A stretch of DNA of 64,000 nt, taken from NCBI GenBank assembly GCA_976551045.1, contig CDPCPM010000012.1, positions 682,001-746,000 of the forward strand, written 5' to 3'. The notes beneath the pieces are model-generated. The model ran no database searches. It saw nothing but the letters and a program-made list of their open reading frames with translations, and was not told the DNA's origin. The DNA comes from Glaucostegus cemiculus (Eukaryota). The translations under genes were made by a program, and so were the position numbers. This document shows positions 1 to 13,823 of the stretch, piece by piece (position 1 is the first letter of the stretch; each line of letters begins with the position of its first letter).

Positions 1-21
1 AGCTCTGATTTGCAATGTGAC

Positions 22-196
22 AAAAACCCACACAGTCATAAGGAGAACATGCAAACTACACACAGACAGCATTTGAGGTTGGAATTGAACCTGGGTTACC
101 GCAGGTAGCTGCACCACTGTGCTGCCCTAAGTATGTAGGGAATCCTTTCTGTTGCCACTCTTACTCAGTTACGCTGCAATCCTTTTAAAATTACTT
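22..196 (-). repeat. Left arm of a local inverted duplication (SINE 5' part plus unique flank)
   Basis: Reverse complement of 383-558, e.g. gcaccactgtgctgccctaagtatgtagggaatc vs gattccctacatacttagggcagcacagtggtgc. Confidence 0.9.
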
Positions 197-451
197 TGTT
201 ACTTCTTGGATATATTGCACATGCATTATGTGGCTCAATAATTACTTTCCCTTCCTTAATATGACTATTTTGAGTAGTTACGTCATTTGGTCTCATTTTC
301 TAAGCAATTCTTTGCTATTAGTGATGCTTCCCTACTTACCCCAAAGGCTACTGGTATGATCTATTTATCGAGCCACATAATGAAGTCATTTTAAAAAGAT
401 TGCAGGGTAACTGAGGAAGAAGTGGCAATAGGAATGATTCCCTACATACTT

Positions 452-750
452 AGGGCAGCACAGTGGTGCAGCTACCTGCGGTAACCCAGGCTCAATTCCA
501 ACCTCAAATACAGCCTGTGTGCAGTTTGCACATTCTCCCTGTGACTGTGTGGGTTTTCCCCAGGTCCACTGGTTTCCTCCCACATTCCAAAATTATGTAG
601 GTTGGTTGGGTAATGGCTACTGTAAATTATAGGTTTACAATTTGTGGGGAAAATTGATGGCAAGAGTGGAGAATAAAATGGATAAGATTAGTGTAAAAAT
701 GGGGTTTGATAGTCGGCATGGACTCAGTGGGCTGAATCCTTCTATGACTT
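452..750 (+). mobile_element. HE1-like tRNA-derived V-SINE with CR1-type tail
   Basis: Head gggcagcacagtggtgcagc, B-box-like ggctcaattcc, V-domain gtttgcacattctccctgtgactgtgtgggttt...ggtttcctcccaca, tail ggcatggactcagtgggctgaa. Confidence 0.8.
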
Positions 751-829
751 CACCTATGCAAATATACAACTAGCCGTGTGAAGTGAGCAATTGCACAGCA
801 GATAAAATTTAACCTGAAATTTCAGATGT

Positions 830-1480
830 TAGATTTTGGTTCACTATATTTGGAAAGGCAAAACAAACTGAGCTATAAAGTTTTAAATGGTGTATAGGAA
901 CAGTGAAGTGCATTTTATAAATTTTAGAAGGTGGCAACCAAGTGGAGAAGACTGTTGAAAAGGAACATGTGATTCTACATTAATTGATAGGGGAATGGAA
1001 TACAAAAGCAAGAAAGTTACTCAGTTGGAGCATCATTACACTAATTTCATAGAACAGTACTTTAGTAAGGATCTAAAAGTTTAGAGAGGGTATAACAGAT
1101 TTGCTAGGAAGGTGCCAGGAATTAAGAATTTCAGTTCTGGAGAAGGAGAGAGATGGCGAAATCTCAGGTGTATTTCCTTAAAGCAGATAAAGTTAAGAGG
1201 TGCTCAAAAACCTACTCAGCTTTGGGGCTAAATTGCACAGAAGAGTTTCTGGTGGCAGAATTGGTAGTAGCTAGAGGACTTACAGTGATTGGCAAAATAA
1301 CTTGAGGTGACTTGATTTTTTTTTAAAGACATTAAGTTATTGTGCTCTGCAATGCACTATCAACAAGGATGGAGGAAGAGCATTCAATAGTATCTTTAAG
1401 AGAACTGGATACAAAACTAGCTCGAATATTAAATACTTATTGGGCTGTAGAGAGAGAAAGGGAGTGGACTATTATTTGGA
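830..1480 (+). mobile_element. Degenerate CR1 LINE 3' fragment
   Basis: Resembles the better-preserved CR1 at 38845-40142 (gaatacaaaagcaagaaagtta, aaggatctaaaagttttagagagggta). Confidence 0.6.
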
Positions 1481-1483
1481 AAG

Positions 1484-1612
1484 AATCAGAATCAGATTTA
1501 TTATCACTGACATATGATGTGAAATTTGTTGTTTTGCAGTATATTACAGTGCAAAGACATAAAATTGCAATGAATTACAAAAATATCACGCAAAAGAAAA
1601 GGAATAATGAGG
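1484..1612 (-). mobile_element. Rex1/Babar-type LINE 3' tail
   Basis: aatcagaatcagatttattatcactgacat...gtgcaaag is the reverse complement of the tail at ~41660-41750. Confidence 0.75.
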
Positions 1613-4239
1613 GCCATTTGTTATGGATCATTCAGGAATATGACTCTAGGAGCTGATTACACAAAGTATCGACTTTTCTTGACATCTAATAATTTGTATT
1701 TCAATTTATTATGAGTACAGGTACAATGCTGGTATCTTATAATGTAGCAAAATCATTTACCTTGAATGCTCACAGTTCATACTCTGTATGATGAATATAA
1801 GCTGCAAGCATCAGACTGGTAGAGGCTGCACCAAATAAAAAGTAATAACCCTGACCGGTGAGACCTGGAAATGACCGTCCAGTGGGATGTTGATGTTATT
1901 GGAGAAAACAACGATCTGGTTTATGAAAAATTGGGGCCAATACAACTCTTTAAATAATGATTTTGTGCCATTGCTTCACTAATAATATGGTGGCCATGCA
2001 ACCCTGACAGTATGGTTGTGCCACTGGTTGTAAGATGGATAAGGATTTCCATGTTCTGTGATGTTATGGTCCTGATACCACTGCAGATTATGGGGCCAAA
2101 TAACTTAAATACTGAAAGCAGTGAAGCAGTGAAGCCTGTAACCTAATCTATAATGCATCAGGATTGCTGGAATAGTTTAAAGGGAAAATGTGATCACAAG
2201 AAGGAGCAAGCAATCCAGGCAAAGTAGAATAATACACAATGGTTGAGCAGAAAGCCTCTGAGAGTATGGCATGGATAGAGGTGGATCAGGATGCTGATAT
2301 CCTTGGGTTTAGTGGCAGGTGACCTGCCTAGCTTGCCAACCACATTCTGCAGGAACAGCCCAGGTAAGTGACCTGCTCCTCCTACATTTTCTTGCAGTCT
2401 TTTTACATATGATGTAATATTTTTGTTCAGTAGCTTATTGTGCTGTACAACTGTGCTCTGAATTCTTCTGTGTTCTGTATCCTCTGAACATAAAAGTGAC
2501 ATCTTCTCTTGCAGTATGCCAAACCTGACTAATTTGCATCGACTCTCAATACAATCCTTTCTTCCAAAAACCTTGCATGTAAAGCTATTGCCAGCTTCAC
2601 TGCAAATCACATGCTCTTTCTGGCCTTCACATGTGAAGCTAGATTGTAATCATCAAAAGATTTCAAGGCATGGTTTTGTGATCACTTTGACTTCACTGAC
2701 AACAAACCTGAAACCCTGCTAAGGATATTATCTTGGAGATTCTGGGAGAGCAATCACCCTGTCCTTTTGCAGATGGAGACTTAGGATAGCCGCAGGTTTG
2801 TCTGGATCATATTTGCTTTGTGGCTTGCCTGTACACTTGGGTTTGGGAGCACAAGCAAACTGGGACCTGCAGTAGCTGTAGACGAACTATTATGGTATCA
2901 CCTAATGGTACAGATTTCCTTCTTTATCGTTTCTCTTGAAACACACAAAGCTTGATGCCAGTGAAGAGAAGGAAACAACAATTGCATTTCCACCTTTGAT
3001 TGGCCAGTTACATTCCCACTTCTGTGATCTCATTTAACCAGAAAGGAATTGCCTCCAATAACATGAAAGTATCCAGTCAGCAGTCAACTTTTCTGATTCT
3101 GTTGTGCATATTTGAATGGATATAACGTCTGCTGTTTTTGGTGTGATTCAATTTCTAGCCTTTTATTAAACAATAATACTTCTTGTCCTAAAATGACTGC
3201 AAATGACTCGCTTTTTGCAACTATGAATATGCTGACACCCTCTGCTCATTCTGGGGCTTTCCATTTCCACTGAGAAGCCCCAAACTGAGAAGGAGCAGGA
3301 GGAGAATAAAACCTGTTTCTTGGCACAGTAGTGTTCAACTCAGCATCATTTACAGCATTTGTAGCATACAACAGCTCAGGCACAGGCATTCAAGAGGGCC
3401 TTTAGTGACTTGGCAGAGGGAACCTGGGGTGAATCACACATCACTGGCACAGGGACAGAGTGAGGCTGAAGAAGGCTGGCTGTTGTTGAGAGTAGAGTAT
3501 TTTATAATTCACACATTCTTATTGCAAGGCACAACTACAGAAGGTTTAAAGGACAAAGATACATTTGATATTTCTGATTTACAAGTCAGAGGAATATGGA
3601 ATTTCTCACAGGTTTTATCAGTTATGTTTGGTGTCAGTATTCCTCATTTCCCCAGAACAAATCTTGCAATTGCCTTCCCCATTTAAGATTCTGGTGATGT
3701 GCCTGACTCCATGAGGAATCTGTCCGTCATAACAGTGCTTAGAAAATGAGCATTCAAATGGTGTATTTTTTTCCCACAGTGACTTCATTGCATTTGAGTG
3801 TTTATACCTCCTTCTATTAATAAAAATTGCATGAAAGCAATGTGCGTATAGGCAATGGTATTTTAGGAAATGCGACACAACACACACAATTGTGTCTGCT
3901 TTCTCAGTTGGAACCTACTTCTAGTGTTCATGTTAATGTATGCTGTTGAATGCTCAAATTAGGTACCTGTTATTGACTTGATAGAAATATAACAGCCAAT
4001 TTTATAAACCCACATTCTTGGCATGGATTCTCTCCAGCCAAGGCTACATACCAGGAAATTGATGGAATATGCACATTATTTCCTAATATTTGGCCCAAAC
4101 AGGTAAAACTTTGTGTTTTTGTAAAATTGTCTGATCCCGGGGGTATTTTCAGCTGGAGGCTAGAAGGATCCAATGTTGTGGAGGTTCAGTGTAGTGGAGA
4201 CTTTGGATTCAGTTGACAGTGAAAGCCAGATGATGCCTG

Positions 4240-5010
4240 TTAAGCTCCAACAGTGTATCTTCAAGCCACAGCTTGTATTTGTCCATACAATGCTTCTCAG
4301 TATCATCTGTAAACATGGGACTAACGTCCAAATGAATGCTGATGATACTCACCTTGGTCAAAGCTGCCATCAGGCCAACTGGCTGCCTCCGAATATTCTC
4401 TGCTGGATGAAATTGCACATTCTCCAGTGAGTACCAGCAAAATACCTGGAGCCACATTTTCTGATTCTATTACCCTCCTGGTTATTTTCTCCAGCTAACT
4501 ACAACCTTGCCTTCCTTTGCCATGTCTGACTACCCATCCAGCACATCATTTGGTCTTTCATCAAGGCTGCTTATTCCTTCTCTGTAATACTGATTCCAAT
4601 ATCCCCACTTCACCTCGAGGCTTGATTTCTCCAATGTTTTCTCACCATTTTCTAATATTTCAGTCTATATTAACTCATCTTGATCTCTGTCATTCTACCT
4701 CACAGGTAAACGCCACCGCTAAGGTCTCTTTTCTGAGTTTGTTCTTTTCAAATTACTTCACGGAACAACTTCTGTCCATGTCTCTCCACTCCTATGTTTT
4801 AGCTCCTTCCATTTTTAAGCCATTTTGCCAGTCACCCAGATTTCAGCCATCATGCTCTTCTCTGGACTTTTTTGTCTTGAAGCCTCCCTTTCCAAAATCA
4901 AAACCAGAGTCTTTCCCTGCAGCCACCTCACATCCAATAACATCTCTGACATGCTCTTGTATATCTTTAACACTAAATATCACTTTGTTAAAAACACTCT
5001 ACAAGCTTAA
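4240..5010 (+). mobile_element. Degenerate L2-like LINE fragments
   Basis: ORF 4173-4430 contains IICKHGTNVQMNADDTHL, a decayed YADD RT motif, followed by pyrimidine-rich L2-like sequence. Confidence 0.5.
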
Positions 5011-8000
5011 GCTCTAGTTTGGCTGTACGATTGATTGCAGGAGTTGAGTGATCATTTTCTGCAAGTACTCTTGACCTGAGAGAGCCAGACATCCAGCACA
5101 CTGGTGGTCCTTGGCTCCATAAAAGACAGGAAACATTGTGTTTATCATGCCACAGATGCAGACTGACTCATTAACCATCCCTAGTACTTTTCGGTTTAAC
5201 ATTGAGTTTTACAATTTCAGATAATGATACCCTTTCACGGACATAATGTTCAGTGAATTTTTTTTCGTTTTACTGTTCATTATGCTCATTCTGCTACTGT
5301 CGACAAACTCAAACTCTGCAGCTCACTCTGTGGCAATGTCATCTGCTTTAATCAAAAGCACCACTGAGCAAATTTTTAGGTCTCCCCATTAATGCCAATT
5401 AAAAAGCACTGAACAGGCCAGTGGTCAATCTATACAAAAAGGAGCAAAAAATTCTGCAAAAAATGATGTGCATAAAAGATGGCACTTACTCAATGAATGT
5501 AAATTTACAAGTTTATCATAAAATATCTGATTCACATGTGCCTGTTGGTTATTAATACCAAATAGCTAGTTGCACATGATGAGCTGCCAGAGAACCTGTT
5601 TAGCAGTGAGATTGGTCTCCAAGTGTAATTTCTAAAATCCTCAGAACCATCTTCTAGCACAGAAAGGGAGAAAAATGGAAAATAATAAAACACAAAGTTC
5701 AATGTCTGTGAGCAAAATTGTTGGCTCAGACTTTGCTGGGTTTTGTTATTGCTTCCATACAGATCTGCCAGTTCTTCTAACATAAGTTCTGGCAAGTTTC
5801 AAGATTCCTACATGAATGCCGAATCCTGAACCTACTGACTGAGTTCTGCCAGATATTTTCCAGAATTTGCACTGTCGAATCTGCTCTCGGGTCCATGCCA
5901 GGTTAGACATGGTGTGGGATCTATGAGTCCATTCATTTAAATGGGAATCATAGGGCTGAGTAGGGGGAGAGAAGGCACAAGATGTTGAGTGTCTAATTAA
6001 GTGTTTTTAGTTTATATTGTCTAATTTTTAATGTATTTTAAATTATGTTGAATAAGTTTCAGATGCATTTAAAAAATCTTGAAAAAATTGACAGATGGTA
6101 AAGGGTGTTGTGAGGCTTTATTATCTGGCTTTATTATTAGTGGAGTTCTGTGGGCAGGGCTGGTTCAGGCCCACCTGCCCACACATGATCATCTAATTGC
6201 ATCATTTGAGCTCCTGTTGTCATTAAGAGTTTTTCCCCTCAGCTACAGGACAGGATTGGTCAGCAGGGTCAGCCCTTTAGAAATGGAAATGGTAAGCTGG
6301 GGAAAATAGATGTCGAGCTTGGGCAATACACATGGCTCAGAAAAATCTCCGGCCTTTTCCTTTATATTGGGAACACACTTAAAATGATGGTGCAATTTAA
6401 AATAGCTTCTTGTCTCAAAGATTTAAGTATAGATGAAGAATATTCATCCCTGTAGTCTATTATAAAAATGACTACAATTATGACTGACCCACTAAGAGAT
6501 GCATGCTTACTTTGTTTTGTGCTTATATTGTTATCTACTTATCCCAATCTTTTTAATTAATTGGCCATCATATCACTTTAAGTATGGTTTAAGTCAGGCT
6601 ATAGATCTGCTGTGGGGGGTGTCATTTGCAAAATAATTGATAATATAACCACTTCCACTCTTTGTCCTTACTGCATGATTACTGATGCTGCTCTAACGGG
6701 TTTGAATACTTGTAGACATCATTCTCCCTGCAGTCTGAGTTTCACGGGTGGAAGACTGCCATCTAGTATGGAGTAGATTCTGATGTTATTAATTAGCCCT
6801 GGGAATGGGATGGGATTGGTATTTTCTACTGAAGGGTTACAGTGATATCCTGCTTGATGAGTAGACAGAGGTACTGAATTATCAGTGTTATATTAAGACA
6901 GGAGTAGCAAATTAATGAAACCTTGTGACATTTGCGTGGATCAAGATTAACATAATTATTGCTTTAGAAAAATGATTTATCAATAATGGATCAGTGGATT
7001 TAATAATGTTGAAATACTGAAAGCTACTGTTAAGTGCTATTTAATTAGATTCTTGAGGCGTGAGTAAAGTTAAAGTTTGGTTATTAAAGAAAAACTCATT
7101 ATGAGTTCTCTTTGCAATGGAGGTGAAGGAAGAAGACATATGGGGTGAAATCATGCAGGGTGTGCCACACGTTGTGTTAATTGTTGGTGCAGAATACAAA
7201 TTTATCCTCCTTTGAATGTGAAAGCCAGGGTATATTTTAGAATCTTGGTGCGGAGCTAAAGTTGGAGAGTTATGTCCTGTGAGAAAATAACACCCACCAC
7301 ACCATACTTTCCATCTAAAAAAAGAATGAAAGGAAAGTAATGAAGAAAAGGATAATTGAAGAGCAAGGACAGAGGGAGAAGATGAAGGGGAGCGAAGCAG
7401 GGGAGCGAAGCAGATAGAGAACTATAAAGGGACGGGTGGGTGGGAGATTGGCAGTGAATTTAACTTTTACCACCGGGCAAAAAGCAAGTGACTTTTTTTT
7501 CACCTAGCCTTTTCTGTGGTTCTTGTGACTGTTCTGCTGAAGTTACAACAGATGTTGGAAGGAACTCTATGAAAATGAGCCACTATTATACCTAAGCTCA
7601 TATGAACACAACACTTGTTTTGTTGTTTGGTGTTGTTGTAGACACATTATCAGAATCTTCAGGTGGGAAAACTCTGTGAAGGCCACAGTATTGTTTTACA
7701 AAATATGTGAAATGTCAAATATTCAAGTTTTATTGCAATATATTGACTTCTTGTGTTCCACAAGAAGTCTTTTATATTGTCTTTTGTACTGGCTTTGATA
7801 ATGGATTAGATCTTCCTGGACCTACTCAGTAAACACACTTGGTCTGGCTGGAGAGACTGCTGATCTCACTGGTCCTCCAATTCTGTGGCTGGGTGGTTAG
7901 TCAGCCTCCGCCAGTGTATTGCTGAGGCCCCACTCCTAGAATCCCCATGACAGGCTTCAACAGAAAGCAACGCTAGGGCAGAACTGTGTGTCCTGTCAAA

Positions 8001-8422
8001 TCTCTCAAGGGATTGAACAGTTTAAAGGTATTTAATTATATTAAAATTGGCAGAAGTAATTAAAATAGTAAAGTTTGTTAAAACAGATTATCATTAATAA
8101 ATAGGCTTTCTATCCAATGCCATAGGCTGAGAAACCCAGTTTAAATTAGTAAGATCTATGAACAGATGCCAAACCTGACCTTGTATAGCATTGGAAAGGC
8201 AATTTGCTCTGTGTGATGCCGTGAAATCCCATCAAGACCAGGCTCTGTTGTTGGACTCCAGGTGGTGTCCAGCAATGGAAATGGGTGACAAAGGGGGTAT
8301 CTGTTGCTGAATGATTTCTGATAATTCAGCAGGGCTGGGATTGACTTTTGTGAGAATGTTTATATGCCATCAGAACTACTGACCACAGAAGACAGAAGCC
8401 CTGTGTGTTTCAATTTAGAGAG

Positions 8423-8870
8423 GTAATACTTGCATTTATCTAGCACTTTATTATGATTAAAATAAAACTTTTATTCATTTTATATTGATACACAAAAATA
8501 CTGTGGCATTTGTGTCTATCCCAAAATGTTTTACAATCAATGAAGAAATATTTAATATGTAGCCATTGTTGTAATGTAGGGGAAATGACTCTTAATATGC
8601 CTAAAGCAGGTTCCCCAAGACAGTAATGTGATAATCATCAAATAATTTGAATGGGAGATAAATATTGACTATGACACTGGCAACTACTCCAATGGACTTC
8701 CTCAAAATAATGTCATTTAATCTTTCACAATCATCTAAAGGGCACACTAGGCTTCAATATTACATCTTCTTTGAAAGATGGTATATCCAACAGTACAGCC
8801 TTTCCTCAATAGTGGTTCTCAGAAAAAAATATCTGATGCTTGTCTCTGGAGTGGGACTCGAGAATGCAAT
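8423..8870 (-). mobile_element. Deu-domain SINE (SacSINE1/AmnSINE1-like)
   Basis: acttgcatttatctagcactt...ttgttgtaatgtagg...tgtgataatcatc...gaaagatgg...ctggagtgggactcga; colinear with the copies at 22630, 28190 and 32620. Confidence 0.7.
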
Positions 8871-11104
8871 ATTTTACCTCCTTAACTTTCATTTTTTTAA
8901 AAGTAAAATACAAATCTGTTTGTTTGTTTAGCATTATTAAATGTTGATATAAGTGTGTTTCAAAAGTAGCAAGCAGTACTTGTATGGTATCTTTTCACAT
9001 TGAAAATCACTTCACAATTACATAATTCTGGAATGCAGAAACATTTATATGGACATTCAGTGGCATTAATGGATGACTATGTGATCTTGATTTTGTGTGT
9101 CTGCATTGAATGAAGAATCATGAGCTGTTAACAATTTGCCTTTCAGAAATTAAAAGGAATCTTTAAAGGACCTAGAGGGGCAACACTGGGCTCAGCAGTG
9201 ACGTATGTTATAATCAAAAAGTCTGTAAATGTTGTCCCAGTGGGTGTTCATGCAGACGGAATGCTCTCCAACATGAATTGCCTTAAGAAGTGTAAAAATT
9301 AGAAGGGTGGGCAAAAAATTTAAGTTACCATAAAAAGAATTGAAAAAAGTGATGACTTCATTCATATGCATTAGAGGTCAATAAATGCAATGCTGTAAAA
9401 CTGTATTTCTGTCTCGTGGGTGCATATTGATATTATTTTCAGTTCTTGACACTTTGGCAATGCATCTAATCACTCTGTGATTAAGTGCTTACTGAACCAA
9501 TGGGACTGGCAATATCTGGTAACTGCTAAGGTCAAGGCATATGCAGGGACAAAATCAATGACCATCTAATCCCCCAAAGACAGATTAAGTATATAATTGA
9601 CCTATCTAATCCACGTATCATCTCCAGTCAAGTTTGAGAATCTGTCTGTTGCAAACTGGCATCTTGCCTGCAAGAAAACTATCTTACAGATCATAGCAGT
9701 GAATCTGATGAAAGCTGAAGAGATGGCTTTTGATCTGTAATCAAGGAGGCTGCTAGATTTAAGCAGATGAGCCACAGCTTAGCACAGCTGTTTAGATCCT
9801 TATCTCTGCACAGGCTGTTCTACTGTGACTACATGAAGCAAAAAGAAATTAATTTTTGTATTACCTCAATAACCTTAAAATCTTTATAGTATGATCTGAC
9901 CCAGTTAAATCACTGTTCAGTAAAGCCTTACCACAATATGTTATATTTCCTTTTGCTTGTACATAGCACAGTGATAAACGATTCCTTATGAAATGAAATC
10001 TCATGAACTCTGCCTAAAATGTGCCTTTTAACATACTATTGTTTTGTGTGGTTTCCAAACTCAAAAGTGTGTTTTTAAGAAAAAATCTAAATATGGAACA
10101 AGAAGTAAAATACAATCAAAACTTATGCAGCACTGTTGTCTACGGTTTATGACTTATTATTAAAATAAACTGAGTATAATTAGAATGAAGAAAATGTAGC
10201 CCATTCACACAGTTTGTGCAGTGCAACATGTTTCTTTACTGTTTGTTGTAAATGACATTTATTGAAATCCTGCAGAATAAGACACTGCAGTCCATTTGGC
10301 CTTTCTGTAAAGTTTGCAGTTATAGGTTCTAACAAGTTAATGATAGATATTCATAAAGTTATAATTTTATTTTGGCATAGTTACAAACTATTAGATGAAA
10401 ATAAGGGAAAATATAAAATGAAAATCAATCTTTGGAAAAATATATAAAACAAATTAATTTTCCTAAGAGTCCAATTATTCTTTTGAGTATTTCACATTTC
10501 TTTGCATTTTTCTGATTTTATTTTTCTCCCACAAACATGAATGGGCTTCATTTTTAAAGATTTTGTCTGTAGCTAGAGGTGATACAATAAGCATAAACCA
10601 CATGACCATATATTTAAGTAATTGTTACATTAAATAATTTATTATGGAGTGAACCATATGTGACTATCACCATCATTAACAGATAACATCTGTCAGATTT
10701 TAGAATATATAAATTTGACCAAAACAAAAAAAAACAAGTTTTCCAAAGCAGGAGCAAATTATAAGGGTAAAGTAGAACAAATGTGAAGACCTATATCTTT
10801 GCATTAAAAGTGTCTAATGCAAAAATCTATGTTCCATGGTGACAATTTAAAGCTAGCACTTCAAATGAGAGCAAGCGTGTACTTATCTTTTCAAAACTGT
10901 CATTAGATCTAATGCTTGTTCCAGTAATATATTACATAATGTTTTTTCTACCCAGTATAAATCTTCTGCTGGGTTCCTCACCTACTCTAGTCTTGAATAA
11001 AGATAGTCAGCTCAGGGTATTAGTAGATATCTCAAACCCCATGAAATTACTTGTAACTTTGGCTGGTTTGGAGCAATGCTTCAATGTGTTAGCCACCTGA
11101 CTAG

Positions 11105-11215
11105 AAAATTGGTTTATTATTGTCACATGTACCGAGGTACAGTAGAAAAACTTTGTTTTGCATGCCATCCATACACATCATTTCATCACATCAGTGTATT
11201 GAAGTGGTACAAATA
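11105..11215 (-). mobile_element. LINE/SINE 3' tail fragment (Rex1/L2-type)
   Basis: ggtttattattgtcacatgtaccgaggtacagt; same tail type as the SINEs at 23706 and 38408. Confidence 0.55.
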
Positions 11216-11599
11216 GTACAGGACTACCAAATATTGTAAATGCACACAATAAAATGGAGTTTAAAAGCTATAGAACAACTAGGCAATTGCAATTAAACAT
11301 TGCATAGGATCCTGTCACAGTGAACTAATAAAGGCATATCTTCGCCAAAGACTATTAAGCTAGAGCATTCCATACAGTATTTAGTGTATTGTTACTGACT
11401 AAAGGGCACTGATGCTTGCATATCTTCATTCAACCAACTCATCCTTCTCTTTCATGTTTAAGAGTTGCTTATCCCAAAGCTTGTCTGTATTGCAGCCTTA
11501 AAGCAATAAAGAAAACCACATTTAAAGATTAAGTGTGCTGATAGAGTTATATGTTCAAAAACAATGTACATATACTCATAGTTTGGTATGATTTCTCTA

Positions 11600-11779
11600 G
11601 CAGAGATTATTGGGCAGATACATTAGGGACATTTAAGAGACTCTTAGATAGCCTTTTATTTTTCTATCATTCACATGGCTATGTGGGAGGGAAGGGTTAG
11701 ATAGATCTTAGAGCAGGTTAAAATGTCAGCACAACATTGAGGGCTGAAGGGCCTGTATTGTGCTGTAATGTTCTATGTA
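11600..11779 (+). mobile_element. CR1 3' end
   Basis: gcagatacattagggacatttaagagactcttagatag...gggctgaagggcctgtattgtgctgtaatgttctatg. Confidence 0.8.
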
Positions 11780-12299
11780 AATCTAAAAATAAATTGCAGA
11801 TATGGATTTACATTTACTAAGAGTCTAACATTAGACTAGTAGATTACAATTAATTAAGCTTCTTTCTGGTCTTTAAGATAGTGCCTAATGGTGTTTCCAA
11901 GTGATTTACTCTCCATGGATCAGTCTTTGGTCTTCACTTACTCTTAATCACTAACAATGGAACTGTGTTAAAAGTTTTCTTAATATCCAATCAGCAAAAT
12001 AATATCAACTACATTTTCAAATCCATCACTAACAATTATCTTCAACATTAGCAATTTAAACGTAACTGCTCTTATCTGAATCTTTGCTAACTGCTGTTTA
12101 CTCAGCTATATTTTTTCAGAAAGTGCTGGACTCTAGTTTAACTATATCAGAAAAGCATGATTCAGTTGCAAACAAGTATTTCATTTTAATGAGCTCTCCT
12201 AGGAGAAATATGACAAACAACATAATTGAAATCTTCATAACCTTTCCCAATCAACTCCTTTTGTTTGTTGGTCAATACACCTAGTCAACTCAGCAGGAG

Positions 12300-13823
12300 C
12301 CTCAGTAATGCAAGTTGGGACACTGTGATGTTATTAGTAGTCCGATGAATCAGGGAAAGAAAATCAGTTTTGACTATTCTGGTGCCACTGCCCTTCCTGT
12401 GCTACCTGTTCCTTTAACCCCACTGGATAAAGTCACCACCTCCTCAGATCCATTATTGGTCTGCAGACCGATGAGAATCTGTGACCTTAGTATCAGAGGT
12501 CAGAGTGAATGACCGCAAAAGTGAGGCCACATTTTCCGGCAAGTGGTCTGTCTATTGGGTCCCTTCACTATTGGATCTGATTAGCTGAAGGTGCTGGGAA
12601 CATGGTTTGGAAAAGTTGGACATGTACATGAACCAGGTGTGGTATACAACCAAGGTAATGCACACCTTGTGAGAGGTGCTCCCTTTCTGTTACAGGAAAG
12701 GACCTAGTCATTATGTGTTGGATCCTCTTACATTTTATATTGAGATCAAAACTGAATCTGTCCACCGAGGCACGGTGCATGAATTTCTAGAGAAAGGATA
12801 AATAATATAGCCAATTGCCCCTCATGCTAAGGGCTACCTTTCTGTGTGCCTGCACAGGTTGTATGTAGACTCTGGGTATGCAAGGACTGGCTACTATTAC
12901 ATGCTGAAGTTGTATGGGTCCATGGTGTTGCAAAGGATGGATTTGCCAACATTGTTCCAGAATATTCCATTCAGTTGGACAATACAGAATTATCTACCCC
13001 CTTGTAGGAAAGTATATGTTGAAGAACACCTTTAATCAGAAGTCAGTCAGGGAGTATTCTACACAAAACAGCCATGTGGAAAAGAAGATGGTGGATTCTG
13101 TCAGATGGTTCTCCAGGTGAACTGTCAATCATTTGGAGGAATACTGCATTACCAGAATTTTCAAACAAGCACCAAGATCTTTCTTGTCTAGTGATGAGAA
13201 GGGCCCTCTGACAGATCCTTCATGCACAGGCAGAGTTACAGCACCTTGAGATGGCTGTGTTGTGGATGAGACTATCATCTACCTCTTCCCGCAATGCCAA
13301 ATTGTCAAGAAGATATGGAAAGAAGTTCTATGGTCTTTGTTGAAGTTCATCCATTACAGCCAACTAACACAAGATTCTGTGGTATTTGGGTTATTCCCAA
13401 GGATAAACACTGACACAAAGACCAATTGTAGCTATATGTTTGTTAACTCAGTGAAATGTTCTCTCTCATCTGTCCAAAACTTTTTGGTCTTCCAGTGTAA
13501 GGCACTGTCTGCAGCCAAATATTACAGACTGGTGAGTTCCATGGTCCAGGACTAGGTGCCTTTGGACACATTGAAACCTGGTGTAGATACCACAAAAACT
13601 CTATGGCAAAGACCACAGTGTACGGACCCTCTGCTATGGCCCTGCTGGACCCTACGTACAAAGTATCAGACATGGCTCAAGGAAATAATGGGGAAGAAAA
13701 TTTGACCTTATGATTATAATGTAAATCTTCTATGTTAATGGAATGATAGTTAACATTCACAGTGGAAGACATACAAAGATACTAAATTATGTTTGCAAAT
13801 TTATCAATAAAGCATATTTTTTT
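12300..13823 (+). mobile_element. Degenerate Tx1/L1-clade LINE, 3' part
   Basis: ORF 13262-13555 (DETIIYLFPQCQIVKKIWKEV...VVFGLFP) resembles the C-terminal zinc-binding region of L1/Tx1 ORF2; ends in aataaagcatatttttttg. Confidence 0.65.

Noticed and set aside
2040-2090. Minus-strand ctgcag|TGGTAT resembling the start of the missing QWY exon
   Set aside because: It continues QWYQDHNITEHGN, unlike the CAPS QWY...WLTDRMDLQLHIYQLK exon
4517-5017. 166-aa plus-strand ORF
   Set aside because: Low-complexity S/F/L/P translation of pyrimidine-rich decayed repeat; no recognisable domain
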